From the NCBI GenBank assembly GCA_020632235.1, contig JACKFY010000002.1:96894-160893 (forward strand): a stretch of DNA of 64,000 nt, read 5' to 3'. Below, piece after piece: positions 36,084-44,952 of this stretch; within the stretch, counting starts at the first letter, position 1, and each line of letters opens with the position of its first letter. Source of the DNA: Pseudomonadales bacterium. Lineage in GTDB: Bacteria; Patescibacteriota; Microgenomatia; UBA1400; PJMF01. The position numbers and the translations under genes are program-made. The notes below the pieces were generated by a model. The model saw nothing but the letters and a program-made list of their open reading frames with translations. It had not been told where the DNA came from and made no database searches.

Positions 36084-37484
36084 TTGGGGAAAAGTATGAA
36101 GACAAAATCACCAATACAGTATGGTCATTTGATTCTCTTACTACTACTTATATTTTTGTGTGTATCTCGCGTATTATATTTTTATGCAAAAAAAGCCAAA
36201 CAACCTGGTAGTTCGGAACTTGTTCACTCGGTTATCATGCGAGAAGAACCCAAATACTGCAGTGTGTATGGATTAGAGTATATATATTATGTACCGAACT
36301 GTTGGCAGTACGCAGATGGCAAGAGGTATGCAGTAATACTCAAGACAGTTGAAGACAAACGTACTCAAAGCAGTACAGTTAGCAGTCAAGGTGGTCGGTT
36401 TGATAGTGGCATTTTTCAGCGTAAAAAGGCTGACGTAATCAGCATTGATAGGTATGACTACTCTCCATTTTCATTAGCAGATTACTATAGGTACTTTGAG
36501 GAAATATGGTCTCGTGTGCTTGCCGGTCTTTCACGAACATTTGCGCGCCTTGCTCCGGCTGATACCAACTGGATGACGCAGGCAGCGTTGTTTGGTTTTA
36601 CTACTCAAATGCCAGAAGATGTGCAACAGTCGCTAAAAATACTTGGTATACAGCACATGATTGCTGTTTCAGGATATCATATTAGCTTTTTTGTGTTGCT
36701 GTTTTCTCCGTTACTTACCCGATTTTTCCAGAGAAAACAGCTTATTTTTATCATCACTTTTTTCACTATAGGGTACTGGATGATGATAGGGTTAGTTCCA
36801 TCTGTTGATAGGGCAGTGCTGAGTGCGGTTATAGCACTGTGTTTAAAAAAAGCCGTTTTTCGGCAGGTTGATGCGGTCCGCCTCTGTATAGTAGTTGGGT
36901 GTATTTGGGTGTTTCTGCGTCCGGCAGTGATAGCATCGCTTTCATTTCAGCTTTCGTACCTGGCCACTCTTGGCATCTGTTTATTTTCTCGCTTGCAGCG
37001 AGAGTACTCTATTGCCAGCGCGCTTGAAACCATGGATGTGGGAGAAGAGCAGGTTTCGTTTCACCTCTTTACAGTACTAAAAGAAAGTTTTCTTGTTTCT
37101 CTGGTTGCGCAGCTATGGACGCTGCCTGTGCTGTGGTACACGTTTCAAGAGTATCCATTGGTATCACTTGCGGCCAACACTGTGTTGTTTTGGCTTTCTC
37201 CATTGATGATAGTAACGAGTTTGTATGTCTACGGAGTATTTTTTGTTGGATTACTGTCGTTTTCTACTGCATCAATACTAAGTTTTATGCTGATTCAGCC
37301 AACAAAATTTGCATCAGAAGGGATTTCATATTTGCTATCGATAAGTAGGTATTATCAAGATACAATCCTGTCGCTGCCTGATGTGACGCTGCCGTTTGTT
37401 GCTGGATACTATGGCGTGTTACTGATACTTTTTACAGTGTTGCCACACTATGTTTTGAGACGAGCAAAGGCATGGCATGCGTAA
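36084..37484 (+). CDS. comEC: ComEC/Rec2 N-terminal part (DUF4131-like plus competence membrane domain)
   Basis: polytopic; competence-domain signature GIQHMIAVSGYHISFFVLL; stop overlaps the next ORF start (ATGCGTAA). Confidence 0.7.
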   Translation: MGKSMKTKSPIQYGHLILLLLLIFLCVSRVLYFYAKKAKQPGSSELVHSVIMREEPKYCSVYGLEYIYYVPNCWQYADGKRYAVILKTVEDKRTQSSTVSSQGGRFDSGIFQRKKADVISIDRYDYSPFSLADYYRYFEEIWSRVLAGLSRTFARLAPADTNWMTQAALFGFTTQMPEDVQQSLKILGIQHMIAVSGYHISFFVLLFSPLLTRFFQRKQLIFIITFFTIGYWMMIGLVPSVDRAVLSAVIALCLKKAVFRQVDAVRLCIVVGCIWVFLRPAVIASLSFQLSYLATLGICLFSRLQREYSIASALETMDVGEEQVSFHLFTVLKESFLVSLVAQLWTLPVLWYTFQEYPLVSLAANTVLFWLSPLMIVTSLYVYGVFFVGLLSFSTASILSFMLIQPTKFASEGISYLLSISRYYQDTILSLPDVTLPFVAGYYGVLLILFTVLPHYVLRRAKAWHA

Positions 37485-38391
37485 CGTAGCACTAGCGTTA
37501 TGTTGTGTGGTTGTGCTGATGAGTGTTGTCGTCACCTTGTTCCAATTTCCTGATCAAAACCTGTATGTGACAACCTGTGATGTGGGCCAAGGGGATGGAA
37601 TTTTAATACAAAAAGGCTACACACAGGTTATTATTGACACAGGCAATGATGCTTACAAGTTGTTCTCATGTCTTGATCAGTTTATGCCTAGAGGTGATAG
37701 GGTGGTAGAGTTACTGGTGATTACCCATCCAGACCTTGATCACTACGGGGTAGCCCGCTCATTACTTGATAGATACCAGGTACAAACACTTTTTACGCTG
37801 CCGTACGCAAAAGATGACGAAGAGTTTGATGCTTTTGTAGCAGCAGTTCGTGCTGAAGAGTCTACAGGAATGCGGGTCCTTTTCCCCGAGAAAACACCCC
37901 GATCATTTCTCTTTTCTGGCGTTGCACTGCGCCAGCTATGGCCAAGAATAGCACCTCATTATGCCAAAGCAAAAAGTACTCATAGCAGCAATGATGCCGA
38001 AGGAGATGACCCACGATTTTTTGCTACAACCGAAGATGTAAATGACCAGTCTATAGTGTTTCTTCTTGAGTATGGAGATTTTTCAGCGCTTTTCACAGGA
38101 GATCTGGAGGCAACAGGAGAACTAGCGCTTGTAGTGAGTGATGTGCTAATAGATGTTGATGTGTTAAAAGTAGGGCATCACGGCTCAAAAACCAGCACAA
38201 CAGAGAGTTTTTTGCACAACACACGCCCCGAAATCGCCGTAATTAGCGCGGGTCGTGACAATACATACGGTCACCCCGCATCGGAAACGCTAGAGCGACT
38301 GCATAACTATGCTGTTGCAGAAATTGTGCGAACTGATAGCGAGGGCACCATTACTATTGGTATAAACAAAACAGCATATTGGATAGAGTAA
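37477..38391 (+). CDS. comEC: ComEC/Rec2 C-terminal metallo-beta-lactamase domain encoded as a separate ORF
   Basis: TCDVGQGDGILIQ and ITHPDLDHYGV (HxHxDH-type) motifs, VGHHGSKTSTT; 8-nt overlap with upstream ORF. Confidence 0.7.
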   Translation: MRNVALALCCVVVLMSVVVTLFQFPDQNLYVTTCDVGQGDGILIQKGYTQVIIDTGNDAYKLFSCLDQFMPRGDRVVELLVITHPDLDHYGVARSLLDRYQVQTLFTLPYAKDDEEFDAFVAAVRAEESTGMRVLFPEKTPRSFLFSGVALRQLWPRIAPHYAKAKSTHSSNDAEGDDPRFFATTEDVNDQSIVFLLEYGDFSALFTGDLEATGELALVVSDVLIDVDVLKVGHHGSKTSTTESFLHNTRPEIAVISAGRDNTYGHPASETLERLHNYAVAEIVRTDSEGTITIGINKTAYWIE

Positions 38392-38779
38392 TGCGGTTCG
38401 GTGTGTATTCGCTCTCGGACAATACTGCAAATATATTTTGATCGTACACGAACGTGAAAGTGTACGCAAGTAGCACATGTGCTGTGTTTTTGATTTTTAT
38501 ACGAATAAGTATTTTTTTGAGTATATATTGACGGCATGAAGTACGTATTTTATTAAAAGAAACAAAAACCAAAAAGAATACAATAAATACTCAACTTTGT
38601 TTGTGTTTTATACGGTCTATGAGTATTGATTAGTCAAGTAGAAAGAAGATACTTTGTACTAGAAAGTTTGCTTGACTGCATATGGTGTTGCGCGAACGTC
38701 AATATAAGATATAAAGTAGTACTATTTGAACACAAAGTGTTCTAGCGTAGTTTTTTGGTAGCTGGTATACTTGCGGGTG

Positions 38780-40090
38780 ATGTCACTTGCACCACACACC
38801 ACAACACTACCCACAGGCCTTACACTCATCACTATTCCCATGGAGTCGGTGCGCTCTGTTACAACTATGGCGATGGTAAACACCGGCTCGCGATATGAAG
38901 ATGAGAGCAGGGCGGGCATCGCCCACTTTTTAGAGCACATGGTGTTTAAAGGAACCAAGCAGTACCCTGACGCACAAACCATTGCCCGCAGCGTTGATGC
39001 TATTGGGGGTGAGAGTAATGCATTTACTTCCAAAGAATACACGGGTTACTACGTGACTGCTGCCAGCCAACACATACAAACAGCAGTGAGCATAGTTTCA
39101 GACCAGATGTTGCAACCACTGTTTCGTCAAGAGGATATAGATCGTGAAAGTGGGGTGATTATAGAGGAGATCAACATGTACGCAGACACCCCAGCCCGCC
39201 AAGTAGGTGTGCAGTTTGAGTCACTCCTGTATGCTGGCGGCCTCAAGCGAGACGTACTTGGGACAAAGGAAACAGTTGCATCTCTTACTACGGCAGACTT
39301 TCAAGCTTTCATGAACGAGTGGTATGGGCAGGAAAATATGGTATTGGTGCTTGCTGGTGATAGTACTGTAGTAGATCATAGCGATACCCTTGCATATGTT
39401 ACTGAATGCTTTGATATAGAAAGTAACAGAAGTGGAAAAAAAGACGTACGCTCTGGTATGAAAACGACACCATTTACCTTTGACTTACTTTCCGTTCAGC
39501 ACAAAGATACCGAACAAGCACATCTGGTGTTGGGCTGGCCGCAGGAGGGCAGGCATGCTGGCAACAAACATGCGCGTATTTTGGTTGCCACTATTCTTGG
39601 TGGAACGATGAGCTCTCGGTTGTTCTCGGAAGTGCGTGAAAAACGAGGGCTGTGCTACTACGTGCACAGCGATAGTGATGTGTACCACGATAGTGGGAGC
39701 ATGGGTGCCTCGGCTGGGGTTGATCCAACCCGCATTCATGAGGCGCTAGAGGTTATTACGAGTGAATTCGCTGCCACTGCAGATGGAAGTAAGCCGTTGA
39801 CAACAGAAGAACTAGAAACAGCGAAAGCTTATATTTCTGGCAGCACAACGTTGCGTATGGAGAGCAGTAAAAGTGTGGCCCAACACTTTGGGCTGAGGCG
39901 GATTTTGGAAGACAGCGACGAAACAGTAGAAGAGACGCTTGAGAAAATCAATGCGGTGAGCTTAAAACAGGTAAACGAGTTGTGTGCAAAACTGTTTCAG
40001 CCAGGCGCAATGCGCCTGGCAGTTATTGGTCCGTACAAAGACGAGGATGAGTTTAGGAAGTATACTAATCTTACCAAGACACACTTATAA
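38780..40090 (+). CDS. M16 family (insulinase/pitrilysin-like) zinc peptidase
   Basis: inverted zinc motif HFLEHMVFKGT; ATG 38780 preferred over track TTG 38771. Confidence 0.85.
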   Translation: MSLAPHTTTLPTGLTLITIPMESVRSVTTMAMVNTGSRYEDESRAGIAHFLEHMVFKGTKQYPDAQTIARSVDAIGGESNAFTSKEYTGYYVTAASQHIQTAVSIVSDQMLQPLFRQEDIDRESGVIIEEINMYADTPARQVGVQFESLLYAGGLKRDVLGTKETVASLTTADFQAFMNEWYGQENMVLVLAGDSTVVDHSDTLAYVTECFDIESNRSGKKDVRSGMKTTPFTFDLLSVQHKDTEQAHLVLGWPQEGRHAGNKHARILVATILGGTMSSRLFSEVREKRGLCYYVHSDSDVYHDSGSMGASAGVDPTRIHEALEVITSEFAATADGSKPLTTEELETAKAYISGSTTLRMESSKSVAQHFGLRRILEDSDETVEETLEKINAVSLKQVNELCAKLFQPGAMRLAVIGPYKDEDEFRKYTNLTKTHL

Positions 40091-40108
40091 AGTAACACTA
40101 GGAACACT

Positions 40109-40582
40109 ATGCCTAATACACGAACAGCAGTATTGGTAAAGCCAGATGGCTTGCAGCGAGGTTTGATCGGTGAGATCATCACTCGTTTTGAGAGAAAGGG
40201 GTTAAAGTTGGTTGGCCTGAAAATGCTTGATATGACAGACGAACAGCTTTCTGAGTGGTACGCCGAGCACAAAGAAAAAAACTTCTTTGATGATCTCAAG
40301 TCATTCATGGGCTCAAAACCTATTGTAGCTATGGTGTGGCAAGGTATCGATGCGGTGCCTGTGGTGCGCAAGTTGGTTGGCACCACTTTGGGTAGAGAGG
40401 CCGAGGCGGGCTCCATTCGCGGTGATTTTGGCATGAGCCAGCAGTATAACTTGATCCATGCATCCGCTAACAACGATGATGCTGTGAGAGAAGTTGCTAT
40501 AGTTTTTAGCGAGAACGAGTTATTTGACTACCAAACAGTTATGGAAGGCGTGATCTACGCTGATTATGAGATGGGCTCGTAG
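40109..40582 (+). CDS. ndk: nucleoside-diphosphate kinase
   Basis: NTRTAVLVKPDGLQRGLIGEIITRFERKGLKLVGLKM, active-site region NLIHASAN. Confidence 0.9.
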   Translation: MPNTRTAVLVKPDGLQRGLIGEIITRFERKGLKLVGLKMLDMTDEQLSEWYAEHKEKNFFDDLKSFMGSKPIVAMVWQGIDAVPVVRKLVGTTLGREAEAGSIRGDFGMSQQYNLIHASANNDDAVREVAIVFSENELFDYQTVMEGVIYADYEMGS

Positions 40583-40590
40583 CGCTTGGC

Positions 40591-41016
40591 TCAAGAGAGA
40601 AGAGCGAGCAGTTCTTTTGGGGTGTGTGCTGTGACGGTGTCTATTTTTTGAAAGTCTTTGCCATACGTGCATAGCAAGCAGTTTTTTGGTACCTGGAGGG
40701 CGATGATGCAGTCGGCCAGTTTGATCTTGGTTTTTTTGTGCAGCTTGATAGCATCTGTAATGTTTGTTTTCTCGATAAGAGTAAGATGTTGGAGATTAAA
40801 AATATTTTCTAAAAAAAGAAGAGCACGATCTTTTTTAAGCCTGTATGTTTTTGTAAGCACATAGTACACCTCAAGGCACACAGCGCTTGACGTATGGGGA
40901 ATAATATATTTTTGCTCACTTAGAGTAAAAAGAGTTTGACATTCAGTATACTGTTGCTCATTATCCCTCAAGTAATACCGAAGAAACGTATTGGTATCAA
41001 AAAAAACCGAATACAT
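40591..41016 (-). CDS. vapC: PIN-domain ribonuclease toxin (VapC-like)
   Basis: N-terminal FFDTNTFLRYYL PIN signature, 141 aa, 2 nt downstream of antitoxin ORF. Confidence 0.7.
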   Translation of the reverse strand: MYSVFFDTNTFLRYYLRDNEQQYTECQTLFTLSEQKYIIPHTSSAVCLEVYYVLTKTYRLKKDRALLFLENIFNLQHLTLIEKTNITDAIKLHKKTKIKLADCIIALQVPKNCLLCTYGKDFQKIDTVTAHTPKELLALLS

Positions 41017-41018
41017 GT

Positions 41019-41261
41019 TTATAAATCTGAGTAATCTATGTAGTCTCGAATATTATCGATATCAATATTTGGGTTTTTTTTATGATATTTGTTTAAGGCA
41101 CCACCCAACTCAAGGAATCTACTCTTAGTTGGCTTTAACACCAATGAGTTATCTTTAACCGTTGCTTCAAAAAGAGTGGGTGCATCAATCCCCATTGATT
41201 TTCTAATCTGCTCGGGAATATAGACTTGCCAAGATCGAGTCATGTTTATTGTTGTTTGCAT
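41019..41261 (-). CDS. vapB: AbrB/MazE/SpoVT-type antitoxin (VapB-like)
   Basis: start placed at MQTTINMTRSWQVYIPEQIRKSMGIDAP (swapped-hairpin beta-barrel pattern); track ORF extends to 41327 through the tRNA remnant. Confidence 0.6.
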   Translation of the reverse strand: MQTTINMTRSWQVYIPEQIRKSMGIDAPTLFEATVKDNSLVLKPTKSRFLELGGALNKYHKKNPNIDIDNIRDYIDYSDL

Positions 41262-41348
41262 ACCAATACTGATTATACAACAATAATGATATAAACGTGC
41301 CCCCGCTAGAAATCCTTGCCTGCGCAAGCAGGGAACCTAGATGTAACG

Positions 41349-41420
41349 TGCCCCCGCTAGGAATCGAACCTAGATTTAAGGTTTAGGAAACCTCCGTTCT
41401 ATCCATTGAACTACGGGAGC
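41349..41420 (-). tRNA. tRNA-Arg (anticodon CCT)
   Basis: manual fold of reverse complement: acceptor GCTCCCG/CGGGGGC, D-arm GTTC-AATGGAT-GAAC, anticodon stem GAGGT/ACCTT loop TTCCTAA (CCT), T-arm CTAGG-TTCGATT-CCTAG, discriminator A; no encoded CCA. Confidence 0.85.
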
Positions 41421-42530
41421 TACTGTTTGTGTGCTATTATACCAGGTGTGAAGCAGTCATACCCAGCAGTGAAAAATATCGCCAGCGGCTCATCGTTGCT
41501 CAGACCTGACGGCACTTCGTTTTGGCAGTTTCTCAAAAAAGAAAAAATTGCCTATCAAAAAGACCACTTTCCATTTTTGACCGCTCATAAAATCCCAAGA
41601 TTAAAAGAAGTGTATGACTTTGAGGCGTTTATGGCGCTACAGTCACGCGGCCAGGCTTTGGCCTATCTGTACCAGGGTTTTGGAAGGTCTCTTGACTACG
41701 TGGGTCCCGTACTTGATAGTGAACTAGAGCATGGCTTTAATGATCACACCGACAGGCACACCTTGTGGGTGAGTCAAGTAGTAGCAGAGCTCTTGCATCG
41801 TTCTGGAAAAAGCTACCTGGGAAAGAAAGACTACAATGAAAAAACAGAAGTGCTTGCTACTTTGGTAGGTATGACGCATGACATTGGTAACTTTGTGAGT
41901 AGAAAAGAGCACTCCACCTATAGTGCGTGGATGTTAGGAAAGCTGTTTGGTAATACCTATAGCGATGTAAAAGCCTGGGAGGCGGTAGAGTACAGTATAT
42001 TGTTTCATGAAGAGCCGGTGTTGGTGCAGCAGGGCGTGCATCTCTCGGACGGTATCCCACTACAGTGGGCGCTTGTTTTGGCCGACAAAATGCATGTGGG
42101 CAGAGATAGAATTGGTGGGCGATCGGTGGAATCTGGGGTCAAAAAACGGGCGTTTGATAAAGATGTGCATATTTTGCTTAATGCACTTATTGTGCGCTCG
42201 ACGTGGTACTTTGAAGTCAATACATTTGTATGGCATCTTGATTTTAGTGTTGACCAGTTGGGCGAAAAGTTTGCCTCGTTTAGCAAGGGCAACAAACGTC
42301 TGTGGTTGCCGCGGTTTTTTCAAAAGCATTTCTTGAAAAAGGGGACGATCTATAGAGAGTCGTTTGCCAAGCTCTTTTCTGATGTGTATGGTGATCGCAT
42401 GAGTATGGCTGCCGAGTCTGCATTTTTACTCTTTCCCTACATCAACACGTTCAAAGTACGTCTGGTAGACAACGACACCAGGCAAAAGGTGGGGAGCGGT
42501 GAAATGGTAGTGTGGGAGAAGAAGCGGTAG
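41406..42530 (+). CDS. HD-domain phosphohydrolase family protein
   Basis: HD motif region MTHDIGNFVSRKEHSTYSAW and upstream H..H; track start 41406 overlaps the opposite-strand tRNA by 15 nt, true start may be downstream. Confidence 0.55.
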   Translation: MNYGSYCLCAIIPGVKQSYPAVKNIASGSSLLRPDGTSFWQFLKKEKIAYQKDHFPFLTAHKIPRLKEVYDFEAFMALQSRGQALAYLYQGFGRSLDYVGPVLDSELEHGFNDHTDRHTLWVSQVVAELLHRSGKSYLGKKDYNEKTEVLATLVGMTHDIGNFVSRKEHSTYSAWMLGKLFGNTYSDVKAWEAVEYSILFHEEPVLVQQGVHLSDGIPLQWALVLADKMHVGRDRIGGRSVESGVKKRAFDKDVHILLNALIVRSTWYFEVNTFVWHLDFSVDQLGEKFASFSKGNKRLWLPRFFQKHFLKKGTIYRESFAKLFSDVYGDRMSMAAESAFLLFPYINTFKVRLVDNDTRQKVGSGEMVVWEKKR

Positions 42531-42533
42531 TGG

Positions 42534-43874
42534 CTACCTAATTTCAACAGCATATAAGTTAACTGGTGCATCAAGGCTCAAGACAGTAGCAATCACCACT
42601 CTGCTGCCATCTGGCCACGGGTACAAAAAGTTATTTTCAAATGGGCCCGAGTACAGCACTGTTTGGTTGGTGCCGTCATAGTTTATGATGTTGATGGCGG
42701 CATCTTTGATGTAGATCAGGTGTTTGGAGTCAGGGAACCACTGGAGCGTATCCACCGCGACACTGGTGTGATAAGCAGCAAACTGCTGTGCAGTTTGGGC
42801 AGCTGCTGTTGCCTGGAGGGTGGCAAAGGCACTAGGTGAAGCAACGCTCGTCAAGAGAGTTGGTCGCGCGGTAGCAGACAGAAATACTTTTTCAGTAGTA
42901 TCAGCCGAGGGGCTAGCGGCTCCCACCATGAAGTTAGTATCTTCCTCTCTGTCATAGACATAGATAGTTTCTGGCGTGAGCGTCCTCGTCTGCTGTTGAG
43001 AGTTGATGCTGGGTGGGGCAGTAACAAGAGATTCTGGTATGGTGAGGCTTTCTTTTGCTGTGTAGAGCAATCGTTTTTTATCAGGTGAGATATAGGTATT
43101 TGTAGCACTTTGCGTGGCAATCTGGCGAATTTCTGGTGGAAACTCTCGCAGGTACTCGACCTCTCGCAGGTACATTTCTTCTTCCCAGGTAGAAAGAAGC
43201 GTGCTGAGGCGCAGTTCTTGGTCTGGTAGGGTGCGTAGTTCATTTGTCTTACTGATGTCAAGCAACATTGTTTTAACAGGGGTTTGTACCAAAAGTTCGG
43301 TACTATCAGGCGACCAAATGTAATTGGCTTGGCCTAGTTCATACTCCGGAACATCAACTGCAACCTGTTTTGCACCTTTTTGAAATCCCAGAGGATTATC
43401 TGAAAGTTCGAGGACGTAGATACCTTTTTTCAGCTCTGATGACGCTGAGGCGTTGTAGTAGGCAATCTTGAGTCCGTCTGGTGAGGGAGAAAGCGAGCTG
43501 ATGCCGGTAAACGTGAGAGCAGTTAGGTTAGGAGAGATAGGAAACAGCGTGGCGTTTGTTTGAGTGACCAGCTCTGATTCAAGGAGGAGTTGTTTTTTCC
43601 AAGTGTTGTAGCCTTCTTTTTTAATCTCAACATTGTATGTTCCGGGTGTAAGGTACAGCGTATCATCGGTGGCTGTAGTGAGGGTGCCATCAACATATAC
43701 TTCCGCCCCGGTAGGGAACGAGTTGGCTGCTAGCAAGGCAGAGCCCTGGGTGATGTTTTCGTCAAAACTGCGAAATTTTCCCTGGGCATACTGGATGGCA
43801 ATGAGTGTACCCAAAAAAATAATGAGCCCTGAAAAAACGGTGTAGATTACTCGATGATTTATACGACGCTTCAT
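42534..43874 (-). CDS. N-terminally anchored PEGA-domain plus TolB-like beta-propeller protein
   Basis: start taken at MKRRINHRVIYTVFSGLIIFLG (track ORF to 43916); PEGA block PTGAEVYVDGTLTTATDDTLYLTPGTYNVEIKKEGYNTWKK; recurring propeller-like SPDG/SPD motifs (LSPSPDGLKIAY, WSPDSTELL, YISPDKKRLLY, WFPDSKHLIY). Confidence 0.55.
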   Translation of the reverse strand: MKRRINHRVIYTVFSGLIIFLGTLIAIQYAQGKFRSFDENITQGSALLAANSFPTGAEVYVDGTLTTATDDTLYLTPGTYNVEIKKEGYNTWKKQLLLESELVTQTNATLFPISPNLTALTFTGISSLSPSPDGLKIAYYNASASSELKKGIYVLELSDNPLGFQKGAKQVAVDVPEYELGQANYIWSPDSTELLVQTPVKTMLLDISKTNELRTLPDQELRLSTLLSTWEEEMYLREVEYLREFPPEIRQIATQSATNTYISPDKKRLLYTAKESLTIPESLVTAPPSINSQQQTRTLTPETIYVYDREEDTNFMVGAASPSADTTEKVFLSATARPTLLTSVASPSAFATLQATAAAQTAQQFAAYHTSVAVDTLQWFPDSKHLIYIKDAAINIINYDGTNQTVLYSGPFENNFLYPWPDGSRVVIATVLSLDAPVNLYAVEIR

Positions 43875-43927
43875 TGTTGTATAGTATAGCAAGATGTGAG
43901 AAGTATGAGCAAGCAAGTGGTATTCCT

Positions 43928-44950
43928 ATGAGTGTGTTTAAAAGGACAATCGGTGTTGACATGGGTACGGCTCGCACTCGCCTCTGGAGTAGTGATGTGC
44001 CAGAAAGCATACTAGATGAGGCAAGTTGTATAGCAGTCGACACTCGATCAGAGACTGTTGTGGCAGTAGGTGATGAAGCAGCCCAGATGCAGGGGAGGGT
44101 AGGCGCACACCTTACTACCGTGTGGCCCGTGCGGCAGGGAGAGGTGGTTGATCCAGCTGCTGCAAAAGCACTTCTGCGTCATCTTGTATCGAGTCGATCG
44201 AGTAGAGTAACCTCTGTGTTTCCTGCAAGCGTTATGATCGCGACCCCCAGTATGGCTACTGCTGTTGGGAGAGAATTTTTTTCTTTTGCTGCAGGTGCTG
44301 TTGGCACCCGAGAGGTGGTAAGTATTGCCCAACCCTTGGCTGCGGGGATTGGTGCGGGAGTACCCATTGCTGACGCATCTGGAGCGTTTGTATTGCAGTT
44401 GGGTGCAGGGGTAGTAGAAGCAGCCGCGGTATCACTGGGGAGTGTTGTTGCACACCGCTCGGGTGTTTTTGGTGGAAACTGGTTGTTGGAACGCCTGCAG
44501 CGAGATGTAGAAAAAGCATATGGGATACGAGTCAGCCTGGATGATGTAAGAATATTGTTACATACTTGCACCACTTTTATACCAAAAAAGGAACACATAT
44601 TCCCGTTGTTTGGTCAAGATCGGCATACAGGTGAGCCAAAACAAGTTGAAGTATCTTCAAGTATATTTACTACTACGCTTGCGTCATGGCTTGATTTGTG
44701 CGCAAAACAACTGCAAGAATTGTTAATGGCGGTGCCCACGCAGCTTGTTTCAGATAGCATGAATAAGGGTGTTTTGCTATCTGGCGGTTTGGCACACATC
44801 CCTGGGGTGAGCGAGGCTCTTGCTACTGCAGCTGGAGTGCCAATGAGTGTGGTTGATGAGCCAGGCACAGCGGTTATTCATGGCGTGCAGACAGCCGTTA
44901 CTCATCTGGATGAGTTCAAAAAAAGCGTTATGTATCAAAGTGATGAGTAG
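43928..44950 (+). CDS. actin-like ATPase, MreB/Mbl family (divergent)
   Basis: phosphate-1 IGVDMGTARTRL, C-terminal LLSGGLAHIPGVSEAL (cf. MreB LTGGGALLRGL); start at MSVFKRTIGVDMG preferred over track start 43874. Confidence 0.6.
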   Translation: MSVFKRTIGVDMGTARTRLWSSDVPESILDEASCIAVDTRSETVVAVGDEAAQMQGRVGAHLTTVWPVRQGEVVDPAAAKALLRHLVSSRSSRVTSVFPASVMIATPSMATAVGREFFSFAAGAVGTREVVSIAQPLAAGIGAGVPIADASGAFVLQLGAGVVEAAAVSLGSVVAHRSGVFGGNWLLERLQRDVEKAYGIRVSLDDVRILLHTCTTFIPKKEHIFPLFGQDRHTGEPKQVEVSSSIFTTTLASWLDLCAKQLQELLMAVPTQLVSDSMNKGVLLSGGLAHIPGVSEALATAAGVPMSVVDEPGTAVIHGVQTAVTHLDEFKKSVMYQSDE

Positions 44951-44952
44951 TA

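Noticed and set aside
41297-41345. Second tRNA gene upstream of tRNA-Arg
   Set aside because: Only the 3' acceptor/T-arm-like 21 nt are present; no D-arm or anticodon arm can be folded.
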